Part shown: positions 8,789-22,330 of the stretch, piece after piece | Layout: every line of letters starts with the position of its first letter | Numbering within the stretch: the stretch's first letter is position 1 | From: Piedraia hortae CBS 480.64 | Taxonomy: Eukaryota | NCBI GenBank assembly: GCA_010093745.1 | Contig: MU005966.1 | Span: 255,628-319,627 of the forward strand | Direction: 5' to 3' | Length of the DNA: 64,000 nucleotides | Notes under the pieces: model-generated | Seen by the model: the letters and a program-made list of their open reading frames with translations, nothing else | Database searches by the model: none | What the model was told of the DNA's origin: nothing | Position numbers and translations under genes: made by a program

Positions 8789-10628
8789 ATGTTCAAGCGA
8801 GCCACGACGCTCCGTTCCCGTGGTCCACGCCCACCATGGAGCAAAGTGCAAGTCTAACAATTGCCAGTAGATTGAAACTAATCAGCGCAGTTATTTTTCT
8901 CGTCTCGCAGGGCAGCAACAGGCAACGCCAGTTGACGATAGACTCAACAAAGAGTCCAGGCACATTACGCAGCCTGTGGCCCAGGGTGCATCGCAGGCCA
9001 TGCTATATGCCACTGGTCTCTCGCCCGAGGACCTCAACAAAGCTCAGGTCGGCATCTCGTCGGTCTGGTACTCTGGTAATCCATGCAACATGCACCTGAT
9101 GCAGCTCAGCAACAAAGTCAAGGAAGGCGTGCGTGATGCCGGCTTGATTCCCATGCAGTTTAACACCATCGGTGTCAGTGACGGCATCAGCATGGGCACG
9201 AAGGGTATGCGCTACAGCCTACAGTCTCGGGATATCATAGCCGACAGCATCGAGACGGTTATGGGTGGCCAGTGGTACGATGCCAATATCAGCATACCAG
9301 GCTGTGACAAGAATATGCCGGGCGTGGTCATGGCCATGGGCCGCGTGAACCGTCCTAGCATCATGGTATATGGAGGCACCATAGCCGCCGGCTGCGGCAC
9401 TCAGCCTCGAAACTCCAAACTTGATATTGTCTCAGCATTCCAGGCATATGGACAATTCCTGTCGGGCGAGATCAATGAGGATGAGCGCTTCGATATCATC
9501 CGCCATGCATGTCCTGGAAGCGGTGCGTGCGGTGGCATGTACACGGCCAACACCATGGCTTCAATAATCGAAGTCATGGGTCTCACCCTCCCAGGATCCT
9601 CGTCTAATCCTGCCGAGAGCAAGGCCAAAGTGCTCGAGTGCCTCGCTGCTGGACCCGCAATCAAGAACCTCCTCAAAGAAGACATTCGCCCTTCTGATAT
9701 CCTGACTCGCAGAGCATTCGAGAATGCCATCATCCTCACAAATATCACAGGTGGCTCTACCAACGCTGTCCTCCACCTTATCGCCATTGCGCATTCGGTC
9801 GGTATAGAATTGACGCTTGATGATTTCCAGGCAATATCCGATCGAACTCCCTTCTTGGCAGATCTGAAGCCGTCGGGCAAGTATGTCTTTGAGGATCTCC
9901 ACAAGATCGGCGGAACACCGTCTCTCATCAAGTATCTGCTCAGTGAAGGCGTCCTAGATGGCTCCGGCATCACCGTCACCGGCAAAACACTGGCTCAAAA
10001 CGTAGAGACAGCGCCCAGTTTTCCAAAAGACCAGAAGGTCATTCGGCCTCTTTCTGACCCGATCAAGACAACGGGCCACATCCAAATTCTACGTGGCACA
10101 TTGGCCCCGGAGGGAGCCGTGGGCAAGATCACAGGCAAGGAAGGTACCGTCTTCACCGGTAAAGCTCGGTGTTTCGATGCTGAAGATGACTTCATCGCCG
10201 CCATGGAAGCCGGCACATTCAAAAAGGGCGAGAAGGTTGTAGTTGTCATCCGCTATGAGGGCCCTCGTGGAGGACCTGGGATGCCAGAGATGCTCAAGCC
10301 ATCGTCTGCCATTATGGGAGCCGGTTTAGGCAACGATATTGCACTCATTACAGACGGTCGATTCTCAGGTGGCTCTCACGGATTTTTGATTGGTCACGTA
10401 ACTCCCGAAGCTCAGAATGGCGGCCCTATCGGGCTGGTTAGAGACGGTGATACCATATGCATAGATGCTGGGAAGAGGGTGATTGATATTACCGACGCTT
10501 CGCCCGAGGAGCTGCAGCGAAGAAAGCTGGAGTTCCGGGCTCCTGCGTTGAAGTATCAAAAGGGGACTCTATACAAGTACGCTAAGAATGTGCAAGATGC
10601 AAGTCATGGGTGCGTGACGGATGCTTAG
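8789..10628 (+). CDS. ILV3: Dihydroxy-acid dehydratase, mitochondrial; predicted intron 8848-8890 (GC-AG)
   Basis: Motifs [45 protein letters not shown] and [11 protein letters not shown]. Exon 1 ([12 protein letters not shown]...) joins in frame through GCAAGT...CTAAT...CAG. Confidence 0.96.
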
Positions 10629-11102
10629 GTTCCGTATGTAATTTAGTTGATCAAAGTGACCTCTCTGGTTCAAGCGTGATGATGATCCTGATCAAAAATG
10701 CCCTTTATCCTGCGATTGTCCTGCAGGGTCTCACGTGGAACGGCACCAAGCCAAACTCCAACGCCGCTAGTGCCACACTTGTCGTCTTATCCATCCACTG
10801 GGTTCAACACTCGCCACGCGGGACATTTGCGCCAAGAGGGCTGGTCACGGGCCACCGGTTCCGCCGACCGGGCAACTTCATCATCCCAGCCCACCCACGC
10901 AAATCTTCCGTCCTCGAAATCAAACCAGGTTTTGTCCTCATTGCAACGTGGGGCACACAGTCTACAGCCTACATAGCTCAGGTGCAGGGTAGACAGCACA
11001 GCAAGGACTGACCGTAGATTGTAAAAAGATTAAAAGGTCACGGCACGGGGAGTCCACAGGGACTGGCCCGCTACGTCGAGGCCGAATGTGGAGCGGATCG
11101 GT

Positions 11103-12868
11103 ATGGATCCGTCCAGCCAAGCGTTCGTACCAAGCACCAACGGCACATGGCGGCTGCAGGCCGAAGTCACTAAGCTGCATCAACTCCAGGCCGAGCTTGC
11201 GGACCGCTTAGCCCGAGTGGAGAAGAAGCAGGAGGAATCACAGCAATCACGGGGCATTTGGGGCCCATCAGCATCTAACCCACAAGCCATGTGTGGCGTC
11301 CTGCAGCATGGTAAGTAGAAGGGTCGTTTGTAATGTCATGATTGACCACTCCAGGTCCAATGCAGCACCCTGATCTTGCCCAATTCGACCAAGAAACCAG
11401 ACAGTTGCACCTTGAGACAGACGATGAGCCCCGCAGCCGTGGTATCACTGCCACTTCACGAGCCAACAGTGTGCGTTTTGATGAATCTGCGAACCAGAAC
11501 CACTTTTCCCATTCCACACGGGCGTCTGTGGACCTGATCTCGCGTGCAAACAGCACACTGAATGGGCTTTCAATGGCCGATCGTACCTTGTCGTACAAAT
11601 CAGATGGCCGCACAAGTTCGGCGCATTCAATGAGGTCTGGTATGTCTGGACGTGTGAGTAGTCTGCAACTCGACACCACCTATGGCCTGGGAGATGCATG
11701 CCGCTCACCCGTCAGCACTCCAGCGCTCGCCCCGGGCCTATTACTGCTCGGGGCCATGCCCGCCATCATTCGCTGCTGGCTAACGCGAAATTTTAAGCAC
11801 GATCAACTGTTGTACGCGGCTGTGTGTACTGGTTCTTATAAGTCGTTTCTTGATTGGCGGCTCGTCCAAAAACTTGGCTTTGAACACGCCGTAAAGATGA
11901 ACGGCGCTGGTGAAAGGAAGGTCGAGGTTCGGGTCTATCTCCCTGAGGCCGTGCCCCATCCGGCCTCGACACGCTCTAGTAGTCCGGCTCCGCACGTTCC
12001 CTCGGTCACTACTGATTTCTACATTGTTGAGCAGGCAGCAGCTGACCCTGAAAGCAAAGCTGTTCAGATCGTTATAGGCAGCGACACGCTGCGGATTCAC
12101 AACGCCGACATTCTTTTTTCATCTAGCAGCATGAGCTTGTTTGATGACGAAAGGAATAAGCTAAACATACCATTGGTGAGACCAGAGGATGAGGCCGTCT
12201 TCAACAGTCTGTCTACCATGTCTGATCAGTCTCAAACAGTGATTCAAGATCCACAGCCCATGGCAAGGCCCTATCTGAATGGCCTTGGACAGCATAGCTC
12301 TGCACTTTCGACGACTTCTTCGTCCGCCAGTCTGCCCTCTGATGGTCAAACTCGCGCTACGGGTCCTCACTTTACGACCATGGATGCGGCTGATGCGGCC
12401 AAGATAGGAGTGATTGGGGACGAAGTCGACGCACGACCGGAAAGCAGAATATCCAAAACATCCCGCCATCCTCTACCTACAGCGCAGATGGAGCCTGCGC
12501 CCCAATCAGCATCCCATCGCCCAGAAAGCAGTTCTATATGGAACAACTGGCGACGAGATGGAACAAATATGGTAGACTGGGCTAGCGTGGGCAAAAGTCG
12601 AGAAAACCCGCAACCTCGTGGTGAGCGCGCGATTAAGATACTTAAACCAAAGTCTGGGAATCGGGCCACTTCGGCTTCGATCTCGAACGGTGGAGGCCCT
12701 AGCGACGGTCGAAGCCGTTACTTTGACGAAGGAAAATGGCGTGAACCTCAGGGTCGTGCAAAGGCAGGGGATGGTATTAATACGGGCGCGGCAACATCCA
12801 AGACGAAATCTAACCCTATAGGCAGCGCCACGGCTTTCCCATGGTTGAATTCAGGAGGAAGCAAGTGA
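11103..12868 (+). CDS. Conserved-looking fungal protein: N-terminal coiled coil plus retropepsin-like domain (AVCTGS...IVIGSDTL); intron 11311-11354
   Basis: Exon 1 (MDPSSQAFVP...LADRLARVEKKQEE) splices in frame through GTAAGT...TTGAC...CAG into the 508-aa ORF. Confidence 0.75.
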
Positions 12869-13486
12869 GAATGACGTCTTGTATGGGTAGCCGGCTTTGA
12901 CCAGATGCAATTCCCATGATCCTCGCGTCCCAAACTTTTGGGATGTTTGTGCCAGACAACTGTCATCAATGACGTGACAAATCTGTTTTGACAGGGCATA
13001 TGTGTGATTGGTAAGCAGACGCCCTGGACAAGCGTGACGCCTCTGGCCCAATTCAGAAACCACCTAGCCTGTTCAGGGATGCTTATGACGACGCAAACGC
13101 TGGCCTGCAGATCGTGCGCGAATTCTCTTCGGCACGCCTAACCCTCGCCGCGTAGACTTTCTTTGCTCCTTTGCACTTGGTTTGAGAGCATCCATCTGGC
13201 AGTCGCTGCAAAGGAATTTGGAAGCGAGTGAGAGCTGCTCTAGGGGGCAGCTCGCGCCACGACGGCGTCATCACCGAAACGGAGGAAGCTTGAAAGGTCG
13301 CCGCTGTCTGGCGTAGAGAACGTACGTGACTTGTTTAGACAGTCGGGTCTGTCTGTGTGCCGGAGCAACTTTGGCTCCGCAGCAAGCTCCCCACAAGCCT
13401 CCAACGGAACGCCCGAGCACGCGCCGTCAGCAGCTTTGCCCCCTCATATAGTGCACGCTTTTGCAGATTCGCCGAGGTCTGCAGGC

Positions 13487-16400
13487 ATGGGTGGCAGTGG
13501 GACACGGAGCCCCAGCGGCCTGATGGCAGCTGTCACTCTGGACAGCGGAAGCGAGCACGGCGCAAATGGCGACGACCAACACCACCCAGGGCCCCGTCCA
13601 AATTCTCCGCCTAAAAGACGCGCGGCGGACATGGAAGAGTCAACGCCGCCTGAGACCCCTATCTTAAGCCAAACAAGTCCCCTAGGGTCGGATTTCTCAC
13701 GGCCAATCTCCATATCGGACGACGACTCCGACGATGATAAGCCGCCTTTGGCTGTTTCTCCGCCAGATGATCCACCACCTCCATATTCGGAACACTACGT
13801 CGATGTAAGGCCCTCAATCGAACCATCAGACAATCAAAAGCCTGTGAATGCACCTCTGCAAAGTTCTCACACGGGCAAGCCAAGGCTCGACGCTACTTTG
13901 AACAATTCAGGTACGCTGCCGCCTTTAGATGTGCAGGTGAAACTTGTCATGGATGCGGTACAAGCTGAAGTATTGGAGGAATCGGCGCTACGTTTTGTCA
14001 TCTCGTCAAAATGGCTGGATAGGGTCCTTGCCCGGACGTCCGACTACCAGGCGGATCATCACACTAAAGAGATGCGTGAAGGCCCCATTGGCCCCGTTGA
14101 CAATTCTGACATTGTTTCTCCCATGGGATATGCCACGGGGTTGAGGGACGCGGTAGGCCTACCATATGTCCCGCTCAGACCGGGACTGATTAAGGGCGTC
14201 GACTACGAAGTGCTTCCGTCGATGGCGTGGTCAAAGATTATCAAGTGGTACAACCCTGGACCTCAGTATCCAGACATTATCCGCTACACCCACAATACGG
14301 CAGAGCCTCCCCAGCAAAACCTCGAGGACGAGATATATCCACCTGTCTTTGTTGTTTGCAGGGTCACACAAACCGACGATGTCGAACCGCCTCCGACCAT
14401 CCTTCATATAGAGAAGTTTGGATTTAACGCCGACCCTCGTGGACGCGGCCAGGCATCGCCAGAAGACTCTCTCGTCATCGTTTCTTCCAGGCAGGAGGTG
14501 TTCCAGGACTTCCTGGCGCGCGTTAAGAAGTATGCTGGCATCCCTCTTAGTACAAAAGTCAAAGTATGGCGGCTGCTGAATGGGGGAAACGCGTCAAATG
14601 GTGAACAAAGGGCAGAGAATAATGATTCTTCTGGTATAGACACATCCAAGCTGAACATTCCACCTTCGAAGTTCATGCAGTTGGAAGTCGGTACACACAT
14701 TGAAGCCCTGAACGTCACAGATCAGACAAATAACCCCAATTACAATGGACGTTCCAATATGGATTTGTTTGGCTTGTGCCGTGACGACACGCTGTTGCTG
14801 GAGGAACAGGTTCGCGATTCTGTCGGGACCGAGTTCATGTCCGACTCAAAGGCACCCAAATTTGCATCAGCAAACGCAAAAGCTGCCTCTGCTCCAACAT
14901 CTCGCCGTACAAGCCCAGGACCTGGCGCCATGTTGACGCGTGGCCGAACACGCAAGGACGAGCGCACTCGAGGCACGGTTGGGTTGAACAACTTGGGAAA
15001 TACCTGCTACATGAACTCGGCACTGCAGTGTATTCGCAGTGTTGAAGAACTTGCCGTCTACTTTCTTTCTAACCAATTCAAAAACGACGTCAACCCAGGT
15101 AACCCACTGGGACATGGGGGCTCAATGGCTAAGCAATATGCGGGTCTCCTCGAGCAGATTTATGGCAGCAATGCCGGCGGCTCTGTGTCGCCGACTTCGT
15201 TCAAGAAAACTCTAGGCGGGTGCCAGCCTCTATTCTCGGGTTATGGACAGCAGGATTCGCAGGAATTCCTTAGCTTCCTAGTAGATGCATTGCACGAAGA
15301 CCTCAACCGGATCATCAAGAAGCCGTACAATGAAAATCCTGATTCGGATGATAGCACGGTTCATGATCCAAAGGCTATCATTGAGTTGGGTGAGGTGTAT
15401 CGCTCAAATCATCGGGCACGCAACGACTCTATCGCCATGGATCTTTTCAACGGCTTCTATAAAAACACCATGGAATGTCCCGTATGCGATAAAATCAGCG
15501 TTACCTTTGACCCTTACTCGCTCCTCACGCTGCAGCTGCCGACTGAAAGCGCGTTTCAGCATGACATCATCTACGTTCCTTTTGAAGGCAAGCCTGTTGT
15601 TCACGAGGTGGACATGGACCGATCAAGTACTGTTGGCATGCTAAAACAGGACTTGGCTGCTAAAAATGGTGACATATCTCCCGAGCGGCTGTGGATGATT
15701 GAGGTTTACACCCATGGCATCTATCGCGTGTTTGACAATCAGGCGCAGCTGTCGGAGGTCCAGAAGAGCGATCACATCTTCATGTTTGAGCTGCAGTATG
15801 CGCCGACGTTTTTGCCCCTGCCAACCCAGAAATCGCTCTACACGACTTATTCGAGGAATTCTGCCAATAATGAGATTCCATCCATGGACTCTCCACGGGC
15901 GGATTGCTTCACTGTGCCCGTATACCCCCGCAAGCCTGGCCGATATACCAGTAGTTCCTCGCAACTGACCATGCACCCATTTTACATTACCGTCACACGC
16001 GACGAAGCAAGAGACCTCGAACTGATCTTGAAGAAGTTGGTTTGGGCCGTTTCTCAGCAGACCAGCAGGCCCATCCTGTCCGAATTTGCGGCTGTCACAC
16101 GCGAGGAAGGGGAAAGATCTGAGGCAATGATGGATGACGATGCGCGTGTTAGTGACAAATCCAATCCATCCGAGGAAGACTATGTCGATGTTCAATTACG
16201 ACGGGCAACCGAAGATGGCGGTGCTGCTGCAAAGTTCTTCAACTCGCCTCGCTCGTTACCCGAAGATCTTGTCAGTACCATGTTCACCGTCAACGTCGCA
16301 AAGCCGCCCTCGAATACTAGTGCCTTCTTCAGCGGCGGGTCGAACATAGATGAATCAAGTATCCGGCCTCTTGCCTCCCGCGTGCATCAATCTCGCCAAT

Positions 16401-17808
16401 CGACGGCAACATCCAGCGAGTCTCCTGTAGATAGTGATGTCGATGAAGATGACAAGGCGGACTCGGGTGTGGACGACGACAAGGCCGATTCTGGCGGGGA
16501 AGATGCGCCAGATGCGATAGACCCGCTTTGGATCCCCGATCCGGAGGAGATTACATCTCGCGCTGGTCGAAGGAAACAGAAGGCCAAGGGCAAGAAGAGT
16601 AAACGTTTCTTGGATTTTGCAAAGAAAAGGCCCAAAGTTTCTAGACAGCCGCGACGGGGAAGCAATGCGTCGGAGCCACAACGGTCATCCAAAGCCAGTG
16701 ACAACGATGATGGTGAATACTACATCAAGGCTGGCGAAGCCATTGTGCTTGACTACACAAACGAGGCGATTAATGCCATGTTTGGGAAGCGACATGTCGA
16801 CGATGGCGATGTCCGAGGGTCTTGGCTTTCCAGCACAGATGGCCAGGGACTGGAAAGGATTGTCGATCCCAAATATCGAACGAGGAGGGCACGACGAGAG
16901 GAGCGTCGGAAGCATGGCATTACACTAGAAGATTGCTTTGCCGAGACCGGAAAGCGAGAGATACTCTCCGAAGACAACGCATGGTACTGCAATCGCTGCA
17001 AAGAACGGCGGCAAGCGGCCAAAACGCTGGATATCTGGACGTTACCAGACATTCTAATCGTTCACCTGAAGCGTTTTGGCGGAAACCGCAGCTTCCGCGA
17101 CAAAATCGAGACCATGGTCAAGTACCCCGTTTGGGGATTAGACCTCAATGGCAAGGTTGGACTCAAGGAAGACAACAAAGACTATGTCTACGACCTCTTC
17201 GCCGTGGATAGCCACTTTGGCGGACTCTCAGGTGGGCATTATACTGCCTCCGCCAAGAACTTTTACGACGGAGAGTGGTATGCATACAACGGTCAGTCTG
17301 AAAAAAAAAAAAAAACATCCCGTTGCAACTTGTGCTGATAATCATTGCAGATTCGTTTGTGAGCAAGACAAATGAATGCGCGGTATTGACAAAGTCCGCC
17401 TACCTCCTCTTTTACCGACGACGGTCTGCGAACCCGCTCGGACCCGCCTATCTGCAGGACCTCGTCCTTCAGTCCCGTGCCTCTTACTCAAATGAAGACG
17501 CACCGGACTCGGGGGAAGACAGGCTCGGCGAACCAACAACTTTCTCACCGCGTGGTTCGTCGAGCAATTGCGGAGCCGAAGTTGGGGAAGTAGAGCAAAC
17601 GGAGGATAAATCTGCTGAAGTGATGAGCACTCTAGAGGAAGAAGTCGTCAATGACGATTACGATGAAGATGAACTGCATGGCAGCATCCGTCTTCCGAAA
17701 TCATCCAGAAAAGATATGTTTGTTGAAGACGATGAAGAATGGTTGCCAAATGACGATGATTCAGGAACTAATGTGAGCGAGCCCGAAGTGGATGACTTGT
17801 TAGAGTAA
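13487..17808 (+). CDS. UBP12: Ubiquitin-specific protease, USP4/11/15 (Ubp12) family with DUSP domain; intron 17292-17350; true start uncertain (frame open from at least 13331)
   Basis: DUSP (FVISSKWL...GPVDNSDI), Cys box GLNNLGNTCYMNSALQC, QQDSQEF, WYCNRCK and His box HFGGLSGGHYTA. YND is restored by the intron, then SAYLLFYRRR. Confidence 0.93.
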
Positions 17809-18165
17809 ATGGACACCTTTGCCTTCATATGGTGTTGCAGGGGAGTAATTAGTATGCATGAAGATCTTATCATGGACAGGCTGCTCTTTCTGAGGGACAA
17901 TTTTTGAGAGAGGCATGCATCGGTCATTCGTTCTATCTATGTGTGCACATCCATAGCGTTTGATAGCATGAACAGCTCGGTATCAGTGCAATGAGAGATA
18001 TTAGGTGCCCTAGACTCATGGGACTTTCCCTCTGCGACCAGATCATCCTAGCGCGTGACATTGGCAACAGCGCCCCCGCACAGAGTGGAGCGAGTGGGAC
18101 TGCGGGGCACGCGCACACACACACTTTCTCTTTCACAGTTGCCACGCCACAGAAATCAACCACCC

Positions 18166-18632
18166 ATGTCTCACGATCAAGCCTTTCCGTCCGAGGCCAG
18201 CGACTCGACTACAAGTATGGACAAAGTTCTCCTTACCAAGTTCAAGACTTTGCATAACACGAGGTCCAAGAATGATCTCCCCTCCAAGTCGACCACAAAC
18301 ACGGCTAAAGGCTTCTCGTCCAAGGATCTGCCAACCATCAAGTCTAATAAAGACCCCCACCCCCTCCGGAGCCAAATATTCAACAACAAACACTGACGAA
18401 GCCCTAACCGCTGCACTCAAAGATCTCACTGCCGCCGTTGGAGAAACTCACCGAGCGGGTCACCAACATGGAAAGCCGCCTTGAAGATGTGCTTTTCAAA
18501 TGTGTCACCAACATGGTTCGAGGGAAAAATCTAGGCGACACAGGGGCAGGGAGGGGGTCATTTGCCATTCTTCTCCCCAACGACGATGATGAAGGGCTGG
18601 AGGCCTTTGCCCGCCAGCTCACGCAGGAGTAG
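18166..18632 (+). pseudogene. Frameshifted small lineage-specific gene, paralog A
   Basis: MSHDQ...TTNTAK...ALTAALKDLTAAV/EKLTERVTNMESRLED spans three frames. Shares DNA blocks with 19161-19590. Confidence 0.4.
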
Positions 18633-19160
18633 CTGGATGAGGCTGGGGTCAGCTGGATGGGTCAGTATTTGCATTGGTTGAGGACTGGGCGGTTTGAATG
18701 AGTGGGGCGTACTAGGTGAGAAGCTGCGGGGGGGACGTGGGTTTCGAGTAGGGCATACGAACTGCTGGCTGCGAGAGGGGACTGTGAGATAGTATTTACC
18801 ACTACAGTGAAATGACATTTAGGGTCATGTTGTGGTTCAGCTGAGGGGCTGTTTCCAATAGCTGTGATGCGTCTCAGTGGCTTAAACGCACAGTAGCGCA
18901 GTTAACCACTTGGCTGCTGAACTCGCTGATGATTTCGCTGTTGTTATCTGGTCGCTCGAGACCTTAGTGGGGTTCCTACCTCAAAGCAGTTTCCCCCCTT
19001 GCAATAAGGTCATGCAAGGGCATGACTTTGGCAAGTGCAACCCAGATTAAGGCGGGTCTGCGGGGCATGCACATATAAACACACACAGTCCCTCTCTTCC
19101 TCTCTTCCTTTCTCTCACTCCCTCACTCTCGCTCACACTCGCTCACCCAGTACACCGGTC

Positions 19161-19590
19161 ATGTCCAACACCACGAACACCACTAAACCTGACCATAACA
19201 TCGCTTCAAATGTCGGAAATTCAGACACTATCAAGCCCCATGACCACAACCGAACCCTCACTGCCGCCATTGAGGAGCCCCACGGAAGTCACGATCCAGG
19301 AAGGCCAAATTAAGGGTATGAAAGACTACCGGTACGCACGCTTCGAGATCCTGTCAGAGATGCAGGATGCAAAAATTCAAGGACATAACAGAAGTGATTG
19401 CTCTGCAGTGTCCGCCCATGGAAACTGCGGGAGCCGAAGGAAACACGAAAGCCGCAGAAGCTTCAGAGAGCGCAGAAGACGCCCACCGCCCGTTGGCAGG
19501 ATCAGGATTTGGCCTCCCGCCCGAATATGACGTTAATGATGCTGAACATCTGACATTCTCGTCCGATGGTGCTGAGGAAGAAGTGTGAAT
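19161..19590 (+). pseudogene. Frameshifted small lineage-specific gene, paralog B
   Basis: MSNTTNTTK...RTLTAAIEE/PTEV. Shares upstream motifs and CTCACTGCCGCCRTTG with paralog A. Confidence 0.4.
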
Positions 19591-21949
19591 TGCCGAGGAA
19601 AAAAGACCCTACCGCGCGCGAGAAATGAGATTTTTGGTCGTCCAGCCAACAACAACCACGACGAAGAGCGTATAGCAAGAAGAACTAACCACACGGGGAA
19701 GATGCTGGTGCTCGGCCTCCCCGCCTTACAACGAGTACGATCCTACATAGCTGGCATGCGTGGCTGCTCTAGAGGATTTGCCTACCTATTCTGCGGGATA
19801 TGCGGGAGGCTCATACATCGCTGTGGCTTGTGAAACGATGAGGCAGAAGGAACCAATCGCTCGCTGATGGGTTTATTTTCTATTCCCTCGCCCAACTACG
19901 ATAAAGATATCGAGCCTCTCGTTTCCCGGCTCCCGCAAGAGCAGGTGTATAAGGCTAGAGTATTATGCATGTGTGGGCATATGCATTGGATGAAGACTGG
20001 CAAGGCATGTGGGAAAGCGCGGAAGTTGGGGAGAAAGCTGCTGTCGGATGGGTTGACCATCGAAGCTGTGTTAGAAAGTATAGTCAGTGGGCGAGGGGTA
20101 GAGTATGTACCGTTATTGAAAGAGCTTTTCTGATCCTTGGAGAGTGATTTGGTGGGATGCATTGTGGCTATAAAATGCGTTTCAGCGGGTTGAAGCAGAC
20201 TTGACTGCTCATCTTTCTGGTATAGACTGCACATCTCCCGCTGCCGAGCTCTTTGATCATAGCTGGCCGCTATCATTAGCTGGTCACTGAGTTGTTGCCA
20301 ACATCTGCTTTAATTGATTTAAGTGGGATACGGACTTTGATACTCTTCAAACAGGCACAGTATACTCCCATCATTCCTCTACGAGCGAGCTTTATGCAAA
20401 AATAAATAGGACTGATGTCTTTCACAGGCGCCATCTTGCTTTGGTCGATCTTCCCCCTCTCTAATTGACCTCACAAATACCATTACCCGCCGAGTTTGAA
20501 CAATACTCCCTTGTCTTCAGTAGACTCTATTTCTTCATCGTCCTGAGCGATAACACCGCAATCTCCATCCGTGAAAGTACAAAGGAAAAGGAAACGTCAT
20601 GCTACCCTTCTAATTATTTCTACCGCAATGCAATGCACATCTCCATATCTTTCCTCCAGGTGAGAGAATAGTTTGTATGTGTTTTTTTCACACAATCGGT
20701 TCTGGGATGTTATTCATGGAGGGTGAAAGTTTGGGTTGTTTCTGGGTCGCTTTGAAGTTTGAACGACTTCAGTGGGGTTTAATGTTGTGAAAAGTCAGCG
20801 TTGAAAAAGGGTACTCGAATATCTTTGATGCTTCTTGTCATGAATTGCGATTGACTGCCGGGACAAGGTCTGCAGCAGTCGCTTTCGGTCAAGAAAACGG
20901 CATTATTTTGGAGAAGAAAAAGGAAGTGACAGACTGAACGTGGCAGCTTGGTTTTTGTTTTTATGATAGAAAAAAAAGGAAGAAGATAAACAAACTCCAT
21001 CTTGAAATCTAAAGCGTTTATGGAGAGATGACTGAGTGTACTATGAATATACCACACCACTCCATTTCCTCTTTGGCCCTTCGTCTTCCCTACCTTCTCT
21101 GCCTCGGCGTCACGTCTTTGATCCATCTCCCTGGCTTCTTGCCTTTGAACGCATTAGTTATCAAGATCGATGGCAAGAAGGTTTTTTCGGGGTCACTTTC
21201 ACGGCCGACATTCTTCGTTCGCCAGTTGGATGGAGTACACCGCGCAGGAGACCTGATGGCGGCCGCAGTGCGCTTTTGAACCGGGTTGGCGGTTCCGAAG
21301 GTGCATACTGTTTCTTACAAGTTCCTAGGTGCCGGTCGGGAACGTTAGTTGACGTGTGAGCCGTGTCCTTGTTTGTTGAGTGGTCGTGTCGTCAGCTCAA
21401 CGCCAATGCTTCAATGCCTTAAAGGGGAAAGCAGGTGCCCGGCAACAACGCAGCGTTAGTTGTGGTGGCTGGCTTCCCTTCAGTTTGCTTTTTTTTTTCT
21501 GGCAAAAAGGAAGATTTTGCCTCTGGGGCCGCTTGGTTCGGTTTTCACCAATGAGTGGCACCGTCACTGAACCAATTCGCTAAGTGGTCAGGGAACAAGT
21601 TTGGCCGGAAGAAAATAAGATATACGACACTTCTCATATGTACTGTACCATCACAGTAACGGTGTGGTTTTCATGTTGAGGACATCTCATTTTCGTATTC
21701 TGATTGTCTAAGGATCTTCTTGCAAAAACACGCGTTTTCTAACAAGAGATGACTCCATACTGGCAAAGTCTCACCCGAAAAATAAGATCTTGAAGTTAGA
21801 GTGCAATCGGTCTATCCCTTTTAAAAGGAAGATAAAGTTGGTTGGCTAAGTCCCTGCACGTGATATCGATTTTGAGAGATAGAAAAAATGAGGTTGAGCA
21901 AATGGGTCTTTTCTTATCTTTTGGGTTCCCGGTTCTTGAAATACACTAT

Positions 21950-22330
21950 GGCCCGTCTCTTTCAGGCTTCAACATGATATTGAGGAATTGTTTTCGATGC
22001 TTTGCTTCGGGTCATGAATGCTGTGTGTTGTGCAGTTTCCTCCTAATGTTTTCCCATCTTATGAGTCTTGCAGTGGAAATTTCGCGACAAAAAAGTGAGA
22101 ATTTACCTGATGTCATATTCAAAGGAACTTGAGCATGGGGGTAAAACATGGAGAGGGTGGATTTGCATGGGACGCTGAGCTAAGCTAGGTTGAGACTCCC
22201 ATTGGACTCGCACGACACACTCTCGTTTGAGTAACTTACTGCAAACCTTCTGATCAGGAGGGCAGGACAGTAGAATCAACACGCGAGACTTGATTGCCAG
22301 GTTCAAATGTGGATAATGGCAAGCCGCTCC
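21950..22330 (-). mobile_element. Probable Ty3/Gypsy (chromovirus) integrase C-terminus and chromodomain remnant
   Basis: Minus-strand fragments in the expected order: FEPGNQV, LAQRPMQIHPLHVLP (compare LP..MKIHPVFHVS.L), FEYDIR*IL (compare EYEVEKIL), RLIRWEN (compare YLIKWKG). Heavily degraded. Confidence 0.4.

Noticed and set aside
8846..8890. Nested (stwintron-like) intron in ILV3 suggested by the internal CTAAC...CAG
   Set aside because: The inner unit would be only about 20 nt. A single 43-nt GC-AG intron restores the frame.
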